Positions 37,350 to 50,521 are shown, numbered from the whole stretch's first letter. The stretch is DNA of 63,960 nucleotides, filler included, from Lama guanicoe (GCA_013239625.1; 180 parts of 180 records of this genome joined end to end with filler, not necessarily neighbours in it), one strand, 5' to 3'. Notes: a model not told the origin generated them from the letters alone. Translations and numbers: made by a program.

Positions 37350-37605
37350 CAATATTAAATAGGACTGTCTTTAACTTTCTTTTTCTAATATTTTTTCTGA
37401 AATTTTATTATTAGTGTATAGACATGGAACAGATTTCTGAATGTTCATCTTGTGCCCTGCAAACTTGCTGACTTCATTTATTAGTTCTAATAGGTTTGTG
37501 GTGAAGGCTTTAGGGTTTTCTTTATAAAGTACTATGTCACTGCAAAGAGTCACAATTTACCTCTTCCTTTCCAATTTGGACACCTTTTATTTATTTTCCT
37601 TTTTT
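37350..37605 (-). mobile_element. L1 ORF2 RT-region fragment
   Basis: DIVLYKENPK...LLELINEVSKFAGHKMNIQKS. Confidence 0.92.
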
Positions 37606-37705
37606 NNNNNNNNNNNNNNNNNNNNNNNNNNNNNNNNNNNNNNNNNNNNTTAATTAATTAANNNNNNNNNNNNNNNNNNNNNNNNNNNNNNNNNNNNNNN
37701 NNNNN

Positions 37706-37840
37706 CTGGGTTCAATTGCAGTACCTCCATTAAATAAACAAATAAATAAATAAACCTAATTACCACACACACACCCCCAAAAAACCCCACAAACAAAAAA
37801 AAAGTAAGGAAAAAATTTTTTTTTAACTTTTTAAAAAAAG
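37706..37840 (+). mobile_element. Vic-1-like SINE, 3' part
   Basis: CTGGGTTCAAT...GTACCTCCATTAAATAAA...AAACCTAATTACC plus A-rich tail. Confidence 0.82.
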
Positions 37841-38417
37841 TCACTCACACGAGCATGAGAAACATGGGTCCGCGTCCCCGAAGACGCGAGTCGGCAGGTG
37901 GATTCTTTCTCTCAGTAGGGGTGGTCTGGTGAAGTAAGGGACAGCTGGGGCTGTTTCTGTANNNNNNNNNNNNNNNNNNNNNNNNNNNNNNNNNNNNNNN
38001 NNNNNTTAATTAATTAANNNNNNNNNNNNNNNNNNNNNNNNNNNNNNNNNNNNNNNNNNNNAAAGAAGAATTATGATGAAGATGCTTTGAATTGGAAGAT
38101 GGGAGCAGTTACTAGTTTTTGCTTTGTCACAAGTCACTCTAAATCTGTTGGTTGAAAACCACGCGTATTTATTATTTTCACGTTTCTCTAGTTTTACTAG
38201 GCAGTTATTCTGGTCTGGGTAGTCTCATGTAGGGCTGCATGGCTTATGATGCTTTTCAGATTTCATGGCTTGGGATTCCACTCACATATCAATCCGTTGG
38301 CTCAATGTCAGGTCATGNNNNNNNNNNNNNNNNNNNNNNNNNNNNNNNNNNNNNNNNNNNNTTAATTAATTAANNNNNNNNNNNNNNNNNNNNNNNNNNN
38401 NNNNNNNNNNNNNNNNN

Positions 38418-38673
38418 TATTCTTGGTACTGACTTTTCTTTCCCAAGCATGGTGCTTCTGCTAACACTACTATTTATGGACTTACACCTTTTCTGACTTA
38501 TCTGTTCCATCCAACTTTGGCTCTTGACACATTTTTATACAAAATGAAGTGTGACAATAGGCTCACACCCATAAAATTCACTATACTTATTCATGCTCCA
38601 TAGCCCAGAAAGAAAAAAATCAGTGATTGAGTGATGGAATGACCTGGTGAATGCTCAGCTTTGTACCAACTGG
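38418..38673 (+). mobile_element. ERVL-class internal (integrase) remnant
   Basis: TGCTTCTGCTAACACTACTATTTATGGACTTAC...GGCTCACACCCATAAAATTCACT...TGATTGAGTGATGGAATGACC resembles ERVL integrase ASAKTTI.GLT...AHAHGIHW...LIERWNG, heavily decayed. Confidence 0.6.
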
Positions 38674-38773
38674 NNNNNNNNNNNNNNNNNNNNNNNNNNN
38701 NNNNNNNNNNNNNNNNNTTAATTAATTAANNNNNNNNNNNNNNNNNNNNNNNNNNNNNNNNNNNNNNNNNNNN

Positions 38774-39029
38774 ACAGATGGAGAAAACACTGGGCTAACC
38801 AAAAAGCCTAAAAGGAAAAGCTGGGACATGAGATTCTTCAAGGGTTTTGAAAAGTTTGTACACATTCACAAGGATCTGAAAGGCTATGTGCATGTATAGG
38901 GGGGTGGGTATGCTCAGAAAAGACCTGAGATGATGCTAAGTTCTCACCTGCGGGGGACCTTGAACCTTTTTGCAAGAAGGAAGTGAATGGTAAGGCAGAA
39001 TCCTCAAATACCTGTTGAGAATTGAAGGT
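38774..39029 (+). mobile_element. Old L1 (L1M4/L1MD-type) 5' region fragment
   Basis: AAAAGACCTGAGA...CTAAGTTCTCACCT...GACCTTGA...GGAAGTGAATGGTAAGGCAGA. Confidence 0.6.
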
Positions 39030-40197
39030 NNNNNNNNNNNNNNNNNNNNNNNNNNNNNNNNNNNNNNNNNNNNTTAATTAATTAANNNNNNNNNNNNNNN
39101 NNNNNNNNNNNNNNNNNNNNNNNNNNNNNGCATAGTAAGTTTATGTGACAAGTTTTTTTTAATTATTGATATGATATCTCTGAAAGAGTTTATTCCTCCA
39201 AAAGGGCCAACTAGGCATATTCCAAGTGTAATAATTTTTGATCATTTGTTGCAGGTCTGATTAGGAATTTTGCCTGTCCATTAGAGAGTTGTTTGACAAG
39301 GAAAAAAATGTTTTACTGATGTGAGTAATCTGATTAGCCATTGGGTATATTCAGTGCTTCTTGGTATCAATTGAAGCTGAATTCANNNNNNNNNNNNNNN
39401 NNNNNNNNNNNNNNNNNNNNNNNNNNNNNTTAATTAATTAANNNNNNNNNNNNNNNNNNNNNNNNNNNNNNNNNNNNNNNNNNNNTCTACCCTTTCCCTC
39501 CACCCACTTTCCTCAAGGCGAGAAGAGAGACCACAGAAAGGGCAGAGTAGGTTACAGCACGCGTCTGCCCTTCAGGGTGAAATCCACAGCCCCTGCCGTG
39601 GCCGCACAAGGCCCAGCACGCAGCCTGACCGCGCGCCGCACCGCCCTTCCTGATGCCCCTCGGCCCCCACCCCTTGCTCCTTGACTCCCCAGAGCTCATT
39701 CCACCGCCTGGAATTCTCTTCCTTCCAGTGTTTACAGGGTTNNNNNNNNNNNNNNNNNNNNNNNNNNNNNNNNNNNNNNNNNNNNTTAATTAATTAANNN
39801 NNNNNNNNNNNNNNNNNNNNNNNNNNNNNNNNNNNNNNNNNCTGTGTGCTGGGCGGGTTCCAGACACCAGGCACAGCAGGGAGTGAAGCAAGCGGGTCTC
39901 CATTCTCATGCAGCAGACAGCCTGGCGGGGGACACAGAGAAAATTAAGTAAAATATCCACAATGTCCTGAGGTGATAAGTTCCATGGAGAAAAATAAGGT
40001 CGGGGATGACATTTGAGCAGATTCCTGGAGGTATTTTAGAAGCAGAGGGAGAGTTCCTGGCTGAAAGAGCAGCCAGTGCAAAAGCCCTGAGGCCACANNN
40101 NNNNNNNNNNNNNNNNNNNNNNNNNNNNNNNNNNNNNNNNNTTAATTAATTAANNNNNNNNNNNNNNNNNNNNNNNNNNNNNNNNNNNNNNNNNNNN

Positions 40198-40234
40198 GAT
40201 CCAGTCAAGTTGCCACATAAAATTAACCATCACA
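40198..40234 (-). mobile_element. MLT2 (ERVL) LTR 5' end
   Basis: Reverse complement TGTGATGGTTAATTTTATGTGGCAACTTGACTGG. Confidence 0.75.
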
Positions 40235-41977
40235 TCTGCTCTCACTTCTTTGATGAGCCACATGAACATGCCCTCACATCCTTCATTTGCCACACTTTTT
40301 CATCCTGACTTTGGAAAGGTTTCTCCCTTTGAATCAAATGGCTTCTCTTTTTCTCTATGACTGCTATTATTTTTTAATCCTTGAAACTCCCTTCATAGTC
40401 ACACCATAGTGATGACTCTGAATTGACCTGGGCAACAATAATTTCCTGATGCTNNNNNNNNNNNNNNNNNNNNNNNNNNNNNNNNNNNNNNNNNNNNTTA
40501 ATTAATTAANNNNNNNNNNNNNNNNNNNNNNNNNNNNNNNNNNNNNNNNNNNNTCTTTAAAGGGGAGAATTGCGACAAGTAAAGGGAAGCTGGTATAGAA
40601 GATAACCATACATGAATGAAAAATTAGAAAAGACTGTCATAGCCATTTCATTCTCTACAACTAAATGTTCCCCTACTTGTGATATATACAGATGGATCAT
40701 TTTTAGCTCCTAAGGCACTAAACAGCCTGCATATTTTACAACACGTTTCCTGAATTTGTATCACATTCACCTTCACTGTATTTATCAAAACTGCATACAT
40801 GCCCCTTATNNNNNNNNNNNNNNNNNNNNNNNNNNNNNNNNNNNNNNNNNNNNTTAATTAATTAANNNNNNNNNNNNNNNNNNNNNNNNNNNNNNNNNNN
40901 NNNNNNNNNGGGACACCTCTGCTCCTGGCCAGCCCCCTTGTCTCTGGAAGGGGCAGGGCCAGGCATCAGCACCACCGCAGGCGGCGCCACCCAATGGGGT
41001 GCGGCCTGGGCTGACCTGGGGGGGTCCCCGCCTGCAGGGGGGTATTTATCCGACCTTCTAGAGCCCCCCTCGCTAACAGCCGTGGCCCAGCTTGAGTTCC
41101 ACTGAGAATAAAGGACGTTCTCTCTGAAGGTCTGCTCAGGATGGGCTTCCTCGAGGCAAAGACCGNNNNNNNNNNNNNNNNNNNNNNNNNNNNNNNNNNN
41201 NNNNNNNNNTTAATTAATTAANNNNNNNNNNNNNNNNNNNNNNNNNNNNNNNNNNNNNNNNNNNNGGGAGGGAGAGAGAACCACTCGGAGTCAAGTGCTC
41301 TGCTGACTCCCCGGGAGCAGAGAGTACCTTACTTTCACTGTCTCACCCTTTAAGTTGCATGTATGGACCGGCCAGCAGCTAGGTGCCTCACCAGGACAGC
41401 ACAGCCTCTGCCGGTATTGGCAGGAGGGGCCTGTCTGGGAAGAGTGGTAGCAGGACAGTGCATGGCCCCAGATCCCGCAGTCCAGTCTGGAGGAGGAGGG
41501 GCAGGACGAAAGCCAGGGACCNNNNNNNNNNNNNNNNNNNNNNNNNNNNNNNNNNNNNNNNNNNNTTAATTAATTAANNNNNNNNNNNNNNNNNNNNNNN
41601 NNNNNNNNNNNNNNNNNNNNNACATGGAACTGCTCAGAGAATAATGAGAATTAGATTTTTTTGTTGGTGTGGGAATAAAGGAAGGGTATCACAAGCAGGA
41701 GACAGTATGTGGAAACGAAAAATAGTGAAATGTCACTTTGAATTTTGTCTTTAGGAAAGAAATTTGTATCAGAGAGGGGTTGAATATTCTATTACTATCA
41801 TTTGTTTCTTTCCTTTGATTTAAATAATTTCAAAGAAGAAATGATTTTTAACAACTTTATTGAGCTATATCTCACATNNNNNNNNNNNNNNNNNNNNNNN
41901 NNNNNNNNNNNNNNNNNNNNNTTAATTAATTAANNNNNNNNNNNNNNNNNNNNNNNNNNNNNNNNNNNNNNNNNNNN

Positions 41978-42111
41978 GGGGAGAGGGTGTAGCTCAAGAG
42001 GTAGAGTGCATGCCTAGCATGCATGAAGTCCTGCATTCAATCCCCAGTACCTCCCCCCAAAGAATAAATAAATAAAACTAATTATCTCCCTCAATTTAAA
42101 AAAAAAAAAAA
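41978..42111 (+). mobile_element. Vic-1-like SINE, near full length
   Basis: GGGGAGAGGGTGTAGCTCAAGAGGTAGAGTGCATGCCTAGCATGCATGAAGTCCTGCATTCAATCCCCAGTACCTCC plus tail and poly(A). Confidence 0.9.
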
Positions 42112-42689
42112 GACAGCCATGCCCATGTGTCACCCTAGAGATTCTAATTGAGTTGGTCTAGGAAGGGCTGTGTCCTCTACATTTGTTGTAAAACTCCCTA
42201 AGTGATTCTAATATATAGCCAGAGTTGAGAACCNNNNNNNNNNNNNNNNNNNNNNNNNNNNNNNNNNNNNNNNNNNNTTAATTAATTAANNNNNNNNNNN
42301 NNNNNNNNNNNNNNNNNNNNNNNNNNNNNNNNNCCACTAAACCACTGATCCTCAGTCTCCTTATCTATAATAAGAAAATAAGGATGCTTCAATGAAGAAT
42401 TGAAATGCACACTAGAGGGAGAGTATGTAAAGTGACAATGACTTCGTCCTAGGAATTCATGGACCTTGCCTTTGCTCGATGTGTTTCTTGCTGGGGACAG
42501 AAGAGTGAGGAAGACAGAAACACAGCTTCCTTGTTTTTGGTAGCTGCCACAACTCACTCTATCCTTAGAATTCTCCCCCCACCCCCGCCNNNNNNNNNNN
42601 NNNNNNNNNNNNNNNNNNNNNNNNNNNNNNNNNTTAATTAATTAANNNNNNNNNNNNNNNNNNNNNNNNNNNNNNNNNNNNNNNNNNNN

Positions 42690-42945
42690 CAGCTTTGTGC
42701 TTCTTTCTCTAGATTGCTTTGGCCATGAAGGTCTTTCATGATTCCACACAAAGTTTAGGATTGTTTGTAGTATTTCTGTAAGAAATGCCATTGGAATTTT
42801 GATAGGGATTAAACTTAATCTGCAGGTTGCTTTGTGTTTTATGGATATTTTAAGTTCTTTTAATGCCTCAAAAGCTATTTTTTTTTGTATATATGCATTT
42901 TGTTTTTATTGAAGTCTAGTCCACTTACAATGTTGTGTCAGTTTC
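42690..42945 (-). mobile_element. L1 ORF2 fragment adjoining a separate L1 3' end
   Basis: Antisense AAATGCCATTGGAATTTTGATAGGGATT, then TTGAAGTCTAGTCCACTTACAATGTTGTGTCA. Confidence 0.8.
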
Positions 42946-43407
42946 NNNNNNNNNNNNNNNNNNNNNNNNNNNNNNNNNNNNNNNNNNNNTTAATTAATTA
43001 ANNNNNNNNNNNNNNNNNNNNNNNNNNNNNNNNNNNNNNNNNNNNGATCATGGGCGAGTCCCCTCCCCCACTTCCCTTTCCTCATCTGTACAATATGGGG
43101 ATGGAGCTAGACTTCAGCGCACAACAGAATCACTGGGAGGGCTTGTCACAGCACAGACTATAGGCCCCACCTCCAGCGTTTCTGATCCTTAAGTCTCAGG
43201 CAGGGCCAAAGAACCTCCATTTCTAAGTTCCCAGGTGAGGCTGAAGACCACATTTGAAAACCAGTGGGCAAGACAGAGCTCATTGTGGGGCCTCTCCATA
43301 CNNNNNNNNNNNNNNNNNNNNNNNNNNNNNNNNNNNNNNNNNNNNTTAATTAATTAANNNNNNNNNNNNNNNNNNNNNNNNNNNNNNNNNNNNNNNNNNN
43401 NCTAGCT

Positions 43408-43431
43408 CCCGTGTTGTTCAAGGGTTGACTG
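43408..43431. mobile_element. Tigger2/MER8-like terminal inverted repeat followed by TA
   Basis: CCCGTGTTGTTCAAGGGTTGACTG, then TA and an AT-rich tract. Confidence 0.7.
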
Positions 43432-45181
43432 TATATTTATATATATGTTATATGGATACATGCTGTATATATAATAGGCATATATGCACTTATATAACAA
43501 ATATGTTATATACTTATATAACAAAAATGTAATGGCTAGATGGATATTATAAATGTATATGTATACACATACATACAAAACTTTCTCTTTTCTCTCTATA
43601 CACACATGTAATCTAACACTCTAAAATTAATCAAGTAATTAATAAAAATATAAATGGNNNNNNNNNNNNNNNNNNNNNNNNNNNNNNNNNNNNNNNNNNN
43701 NTTAATTAATTAANNNNNNNNNNNNNNNNNNNNNNNNNNNNNNNNNNNNNNNNNNNNTGGCTACCGAAGTCCAGAATGTTTTTCTCCTGCTTTGGGGATT
43801 TTTCTTAAGCTCTCACTGTAAAAACATCAAGCTCACCCCTTCGGAGCGGCAATAAGCTATGGGGTGATGGCTTCTATACAGCTGATCTTTTTTTTTCTTT
43901 TAAGTTTCTCTGTTAGAGCCTGTTTAGTGCCTAAATCAAGTGATACTGTTCATGGTATGGAATATTTTATAAACTTCCCCTCTTTTGTCGAATACTTCAG
44001 TGGGTTTTTGTTTNNNNNNNNNNNNNNNNNNNNNNNNNNNNNNNNNNNNNNNNNNNNTTAATTAATTAANNNNNNNNNNNNNNNNNNNNNNNNNNNNNNN
44101 NNNNNNNNNNNNNCAGGCCCCCAGGGTGGCCGTGGAGGGAGAGCAAGCCTGGCAGGTGACCCGGAGGTCCCACTGCTGTGCCCCTACCTTGTCTTTGTTT
44201 CCTTTCACCCCAGAAAGTGTGATCGTCTCATGTTATGGTGACAAGCCATCTCTCTTCTCTGTCAGGTAGGGTCCCCACCACCACTCAGCCTTCTCTCTGC
44301 ATGGATGCTGAAGGACCAGCCTCACTTGAAGTTCTGAGCTTGAGCAGTAAGGTGGAAACAAAGAAACCANNNNNNNNNNNNNNNNNNNNNNNNNNNNNNN
44401 NNNNNNNNNNNNNTTAATTAATTAANNNNNNNNNNNNNNNNNNNNNNNNNNNNNNNNNNNNNNNNNNNNTCACAAATGGGAACAATAGTAGCAATTACCT
44501 CTGAGAGTTAGGAGGGCCTTTATAAATGTCATTTCATTACGCTCACAGCAGCCCATGAGCATGGTTCTAGGTCCCCCATTTTACATGTGGCAGACGGGTA
44601 ACCTTTCAATCAGTAATCACGCAGCCATGAATGGTCAGAACCAGCATTTGAATTTGATCCCTGTGTCCAGATTATGTCTATTCTCATTCAGTATTACTGG
44701 AAAACTAGTAAAGTCAGAACAAACANNNNNNNNNNNNNNNNNNNNNNNNNNNNNNNNNNNNNNNNNNNNTTAATTAATTAANNNNNNNNNNNNNNNNNNN
44801 NNNNNNNNNNNNNNNNNNNNNNNNNAAAAAAAAATGAAAAGAAATTGCAAAGAAAGTCAGGAAGAGGCTCTAATTCTAAAAACTAGGTTTTTATTTTTGT
44901 TTTTTAAAGGAGCTTGGTAATGGAAGAAAATGTAAAATAACAAGATATTTCAATGAAGACAATGAAAGCAAAGTCAACTATGGCCACAAACTAAGATGAA
45001 GATAGCTCAGTAAATACTGACTTATGGCTCCTCATAGTCATCACAGAGTCATTCGTACCATCTTGGATTCCCTCCTCCAGANNNNNNNNNNNNNNNNNNN
45101 NNNNNNNNNNNNNNNNNNNNNNNNNTTAATTAATTAANNNNNNNNNNNNNNNNNNNNNNNNNNNNNNNNNNNNNNNNNNNN

Positions 45182-45437
45182 AATGGATCAAAGACTTAAA
45201 CATAAGACAACATAAAATAAACCTCCTAGAGGAAAACACAGGCAAAACATTACCTGACATACATCTCAAAAATTTTCTCCTAGTTTGGAAATAAAAGCAA
45301 GAATAAACAAATGGGACCTAATGGAACTTATAAGCTTCTCCACAGCAAAGGAAACCAGAAGTAAAACAAAAAGACAACCTATGGAACAGGAGAAAATTTT
45401 TGCAAATGAAACCAACAGAGGCTTGATCTCCAGAATA
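45182..45437 (+). mobile_element. L1 ORF2 fragment
   Basis: WIKDLN...EIKARINKWDLMELISFSTAKET. Confidence 0.93.
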
Positions 45438-46249
45438 NNNNNNNNNNNNNNNNNNNNNNNNNNNNNNNNNNNNNNNNNNNNTTAATTAATTAANNNNNNN
45501 NNNNNNNNNNNNNNNNNNNNNNNNNNNNNNNNNNNNNAGGTAGCTTATCTTAAGGATTCCATGGTTTCAGTTATCATTTCTGACCTCATTGTGAAATAAG
45601 TATTATTTCCATGCTGGGTTTTATGTCTAAGCCTGCAGAGGTATTTGCAGGTTTGATTGAGTAAAGAGCATCTCATTTCAGCCTTTTGTCCACCAAGATC
45701 CAATAACTTATTTTAAAGGAAAAAAAAGTTTTAATTTATGAGAACATAAGTGAAAAAGCTCAAAGGAATAACACCGGACAGAAACTGTCCAAANNNNNNN
45801 NNNNNNNNNNNNNNNNNNNNNNNNNNNNNNNNNNNNNTTAATTAATTAANNNNNNNNNNNNNNNNNNNNNNNNNNNNNNNNNNNNNNNNNNNNGCTGGGA
45901 GCCGACCTGCTCGGTCGAGCTGCCCAGAGGACTTTTTGAGACATGTGCCGTGGTGCACAGTGTGCTCAGAGAGAAACTTAAAAAATGCTTTGACCTGTGT
46001 GCGAGGTTGTACCTGATCTGTGTCTTTGTCCTGCTGAGGAAAGAGTTTCTCCTGAGGACCAGGTCACTCCGTGTGTTTACATCCGAGACAGAGCACTGTT
46101 ATGTTGTTCAGTACATCTCGCAGCCCCAGCCAGAGCTGAAGCTGCAAGGNNNNNNNNNNNNNNNNNNNNNNNNNNNNNNNNNNNNNNNNNNNNTTAATTA
46201 ATTAANNNNNNNNNNNNNNNNNNNNNNNNNNNNNNNNNNNNNNNNNNNN

Positions 46250-46505
46250 AGATGGACCTTGAGGTCATCACGCTTAGTGAAACCCATATAGAAAAGAACA
46301 AATAACTCATAAATGAGCTGAACTTATGGCGTTTGGAATGGTGATTGCTAGGAGCTTGGAGGTTAAGGCACTGGGGAGACGTTGGTCAGGAGGAACAAAC
46401 TTCCAGTTAGAAGGTGAAACAGTTCTGGAGACCTAATTCATGACACTGTGGTCATAATTAAAGAATGGTATTGTATCCTTGGAAACTGCTAAGAGAGTAG
46501 ATCTT
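46250..46505 (+). mobile_element. L1 (L1MA-like) ORF2 end and 3' UTR
   Basis: ATGGACCTTGAGGTCATCACGCTTAGTGAAA...GTTCTGGAGACCTAAT...TGCTAAGAGAGTAGATCTT. Confidence 0.82.
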
Positions 46506-47673
46506 NNNNNNNNNNNNNNNNNNNNNNNNNNNNNNNNNNNNNNNNNNNNTTAATTAATTAANNNNNNNNNNNNNNNNNNNNNNNNNNNNNNNNNNNNNNN
46601 NNNNNAACTTTCATAAAGGCTACTGCCAAGGAGCTCCCCCAAAGCAACCCCTGTCAGTCCCCCAAAACCTGCCCAACTATCTGGGATTTCCCCATGCTGC
46701 TACCAGCTCCCACACACTCCCCATCCACAGGCCCCTTCCTCCTCTTTTCTATCTCCCCTTCTTTCCTCTCCTGGTTCTCCCTCCATTGGGCTCATACTGC
46801 TCATCTTGAACACACACCCTCCCCCAACACACCACTGCCCAGGCTTCTCCCCTGGCTCTCANNNNNNNNNNNNNNNNNNNNNNNNNNNNNNNNNNNNNNN
46901 NNNNNTTAATTAATTAANNNNNNNNNNNNNNNNNNNNNNNNNNNNNNNNNNNNNNNNNNNNCATATTACAATTTCTCATAACTCCAGCAATAAAGACCTT
47001 CCCTTTCTCTGTCATCTTTCTTGCTATCTCTCTCTCTCAAGAAGTTACTCATAAACAGTGATGGTCTCATCATTATCTTTTGATGCAGCAATGACACTTT
47101 ATTTTCTTACTTATTTACACCAGTTTCCTCCTCATTAATGATGGGAAATTGTAGCATGAAGGAAAAAGGAATAAATCTTTACTGAATGCCTTTTATGGAC
47201 CTGGCACTGTGTCAGTTNNNNNNNNNNNNNNNNNNNNNNNNNNNNNNNNNNNNNNNNNNNNTTAATTAATTAANNNNNNNNNNNNNNNNNNNNNNNNNNN
47301 NNNNNNNNNNNNNNNNNTTTTTCCTGTTCTGTCAGAAAAAGACACCTACCTCTAGGGGCAGCCACTGTGAGAGCCTCCCTGACCTCCCAGACTCACATCC
47401 ATCGCTGCCCTGCCCCCGGCATGAGGGACTTGCCACATGTACCCTCAGGCCTGCAGCTGGCCTGGGGATGCCAGAGCCGGGGCTGAGGGGGGCGGGTGGT
47501 GACAGTGACATGCAGCTCTCACCACACCCACCTCAATGGACACCGAAACTCTGGGAAGGGAGGCCCCGCCCCCNNNNNNNNNNNNNNNNNNNNNNNNNNN
47601 NNNNNNNNNNNNNNNNNTTAATTAATTAANNNNNNNNNNNNNNNNNNNNNNNNNNNNNNNNNNNNNNNNNNNN

Positions 47674-47777
47674 GCCGGTTGCAGTCAGATCCCTCTTGGA
47701 AAACTGAAGGATTCAAAACACATTCATCCTGGGACTCTTGGAGCACTTCGTCCTTCTCAAACGCCTCGAGCTGAATG
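47674..47777 (-). CDS. NBPF-like Olduvai (DUF1220) domain exon, truncated by contig end
   Basis: Acceptor TTTTCTGTCATCCCTTTCCCACTTGGCACAG resembles the recalled NBPF intron end. Exon reads IQLEAFEKDEVLQESQDECVLNPSVFQEGSDCNR, similar to Olduvai E..K.E.KEV..DS..EC motifs. Confidence 0.72.
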
Positions 47778-48741
47778 CTGTGCCAAGTGGGAAAGGGATG
47801 ACAGAAAATTAAACTAAGAGGATCAGAGACCAAGCTGTCCTAGCTGGTTCTGATAGGGGAGGCAAAGGGAATGGACACAGAAAGCCAGGGGGCAGTCCCC
47901 TTAAAGAGGGAAATAACTATTCTCCTATGNNNNNNNNNNNNNNNNNNNNNNNNNNNNNNNNNNNNNNNNNNNNTTAATTAATTAANNNNNNNNNNNNNNN
48001 NNNNNNNNNNNNNNNNNNNNNNNNNNNNNTTTTTATAGTTTTTATTTATTTTCCTTTAAAACTGTCTTATCTGCTGTCAGTGTTTCTTCTGGTTGGTGTT
48101 TGCATGATACATTTTTTTCTGACCTTTAATTTTCCTGTATGTTTATGATTTTGCTGTATCTCTTACAAAGAAACTTATAATTATATGTATTTTAAAGTTC
48201 AGCCTGATTGTTGTCTTTTAATTACCTCTCCTAATCATCTGTGGTTTAATTACTGATATTTTTAGGTGTAATTCCACCACTTTCTNNNNNNNNNNNNNNN
48301 NNNNNNNNNNNNNNNNNNNNNNNNNNNNNTTAATTAATTAANNNNNNNNNNNNNNNNNNNNNNNNNNNNNNNNNNNNNNNNNNNNCACAAGATGGGAGTT
48401 TCTGAGGGTGAAGCCAGAGCACGACTCAGTTTACCCCCCAGGCGAGTCTAACGTACAGTCAGGGCTGCACACTTCGGCAGTAGCTCAACGATCTCCGTTA
48501 ATGTTAACAGTTGTTTACTGAATGTCTCATCCGGGCCAGGCAATACATTATAATATTGTCTCGTTTAAGTCCCACAACTTTTCAAGGGAGAATTTGTGCC
48601 TAAGTCACAAAGAGTAAGCGACAGAGCCAAGGGTTTCTAGCNNNNNNNNNNNNNNNNNNNNNNNNNNNNNNNNNNNNNNNNNNNNTTAATTAATTAANNN
48701 NNNNNNNNNNNNNNNNNNNNNNNNNNNNNNNNNNNNNNNNN

Positions 48742-48997
48742 TAATTTCTCCATTTTCCTTTCTTATTTTGTTTATTTGTATCCTCTCTCTCTTCTTCGTG
48801 AGACTGGCCAGAGGTTTGTCAATTTTGTTCCTCTTTCAAAAAAACCCAACTCTTGGTTTGATTGATTTTTTTCTATTTTTTAATTTCTATTTTATTTATT
48901 TCCTCCTTGATCTTTATTATTTCTTTCCTTCTACTGACTTTGGCTTTTGTTTGTCCTTCTTTTTCTAATTCTTTTAGGTGGTAGGTTAGATTGTTTG
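48742..48997 (-). mobile_element. L1 ORF2 fragment
   Basis: Antisense CTGGCCAGAGGTTTGTCAATTTTGTT (DKPLA motif). Confidence 0.9.
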
Positions 48998-49809
48998 NNN
49001 NNNNNNNNNNNNNNNNNNNNNNNNNNNNNNNNNNNNNNNNNTTAATTAATTAANNNNNNNNNNNNNNNNNNNNNNNNNNNNNNNNNNNNNNNNNNNNTAC
49101 TTACTTACTTACTTACTTATTTGAAGTATAGTCAGTTTACAGTGTTGTGTCAATTTCTGGTATCCAGCGTAATGTTTCAGTCATACATACACATACATAT
49201 ATTCACACATCGACCTTATATCTTAAATATTCAAACTTTTATAAGCTGGTCCTGTCTTGCAAGACCCTTCTGCAACATTCTTTGGCTTCCTAACCAAGTT
49301 TCTGCTAATGAAATCAACTGATATTCAGTGTGTTTCTTTAAGAATTCATAATTNNNNNNNNNNNNNNNNNNNNNNNNNNNNNNNNNNNNNNNNNNNNTTA
49401 ATTAATTAANNNNNNNNNNNNNNNNNNNNNNNNNNNNNNNNNNNNNNNNNNNNGGCCTCAGAGGAGGGATGGGGACAACAGTCTAATTGAAATGAATCAA
49501 GAGAAAATGGGAGGCGAGGAATAAAAGAGGAAATGGCCCCATTCAAAGGGTTATTGGAATCAAGGATGTATCACAGGCAAGATAGAATCCCCATGTAGAA
49601 TTTGCCAAGTGGTGGCTGTTTTTACAGGTTTTCTCAAGGCCTGTGGGGAGTTTTATTCAAGGAAAAAGTTCAAGTATTGTACAAATAGAACCCTGAATCC
49701 AGTGACTAGNNNNNNNNNNNNNNNNNNNNNNNNNNNNNNNNNNNNNNNNNNNNTTAATTAATTAANNNNNNNNNNNNNNNNNNNNNNNNNNNNNNNNNNN
49801 NNNNNNNNN

Positions 49810-50055
49810 TCCACCACTACCACCTCTACCATCACTTACAAGTAAAACCTCTACCACCACCATCACCACCACTTCACCCACCACCTACAAGCATGATCTC
49901 TACCACCACCATCTTTACCACCACCTACAACTGTGACCTCCACCACCACCACTGCCACCTACAACCATGACTTCCACCACCACTACCACCTCTGCCACCA
50001 ACTCAACCACCACTTGCAATCATAATCTCTACCACCTCCACCACCACCACCTTCA
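49810..50055 (+). repeat. Degenerate (CAC)n tract punctuated by a recurring CTACAA-CATGA-CTC-like motif
   Basis: Seen directly; about five spacer motifs between ACC runs. Confidence 0.9.
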
Positions 50056-50521
50056 TATGGTACACNNNNNNNNNNNNNNNNNNNNNNNNNNNNNNNNNNN
50101 NNNNNNNNNTTAATTAATTAANNNNNNNNNNNNNNNNNNNNNNNNNNNNNNNNNNNNNNNNNNNNTAAAAGGGCTTTATGTGTAGTAACCCATTTTATCT
50201 ACTCGATAACTTCAAAGTAGGCATCATAGGTCTACTTTACAGATGAGAAAACAGGCGCAGTGAGGTCACATGATCTACCCAAAATGAGAATGCGCTGAGA
50301 TAAACAGAGAAGATTATCAGCACTGACCTTGGGGACGGTGCTCAATAAATGTCCTCACTCCCCCACTTCCTGTCTCCTTCTCTTCCTCCCTAACTTTCAC
50401 ATCCTTATAAATACTTCTCTGNNNNNNNNNNNNNNNNNNNNNNNNNNNNNNNNNNNNNNNNNNNNTTAATTAATTAANNNNNNNNNNNNNNNNNNNNNNN
50501 NNNNNNNNNNNNNNNNNNNNN

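Noticed and set aside
41978..42055. tRNA gene
   Set aside because: The tRNA-like head continues into a SINE tail and poly(A), and the B box is degenerate; the same applies at 29907 and 34908.
49810..50065. Mucin-like Thr-rich coding exon
   Set aside because: Spacer motifs shift the frame repeatedly, so no Thr-rich reading is sustained.
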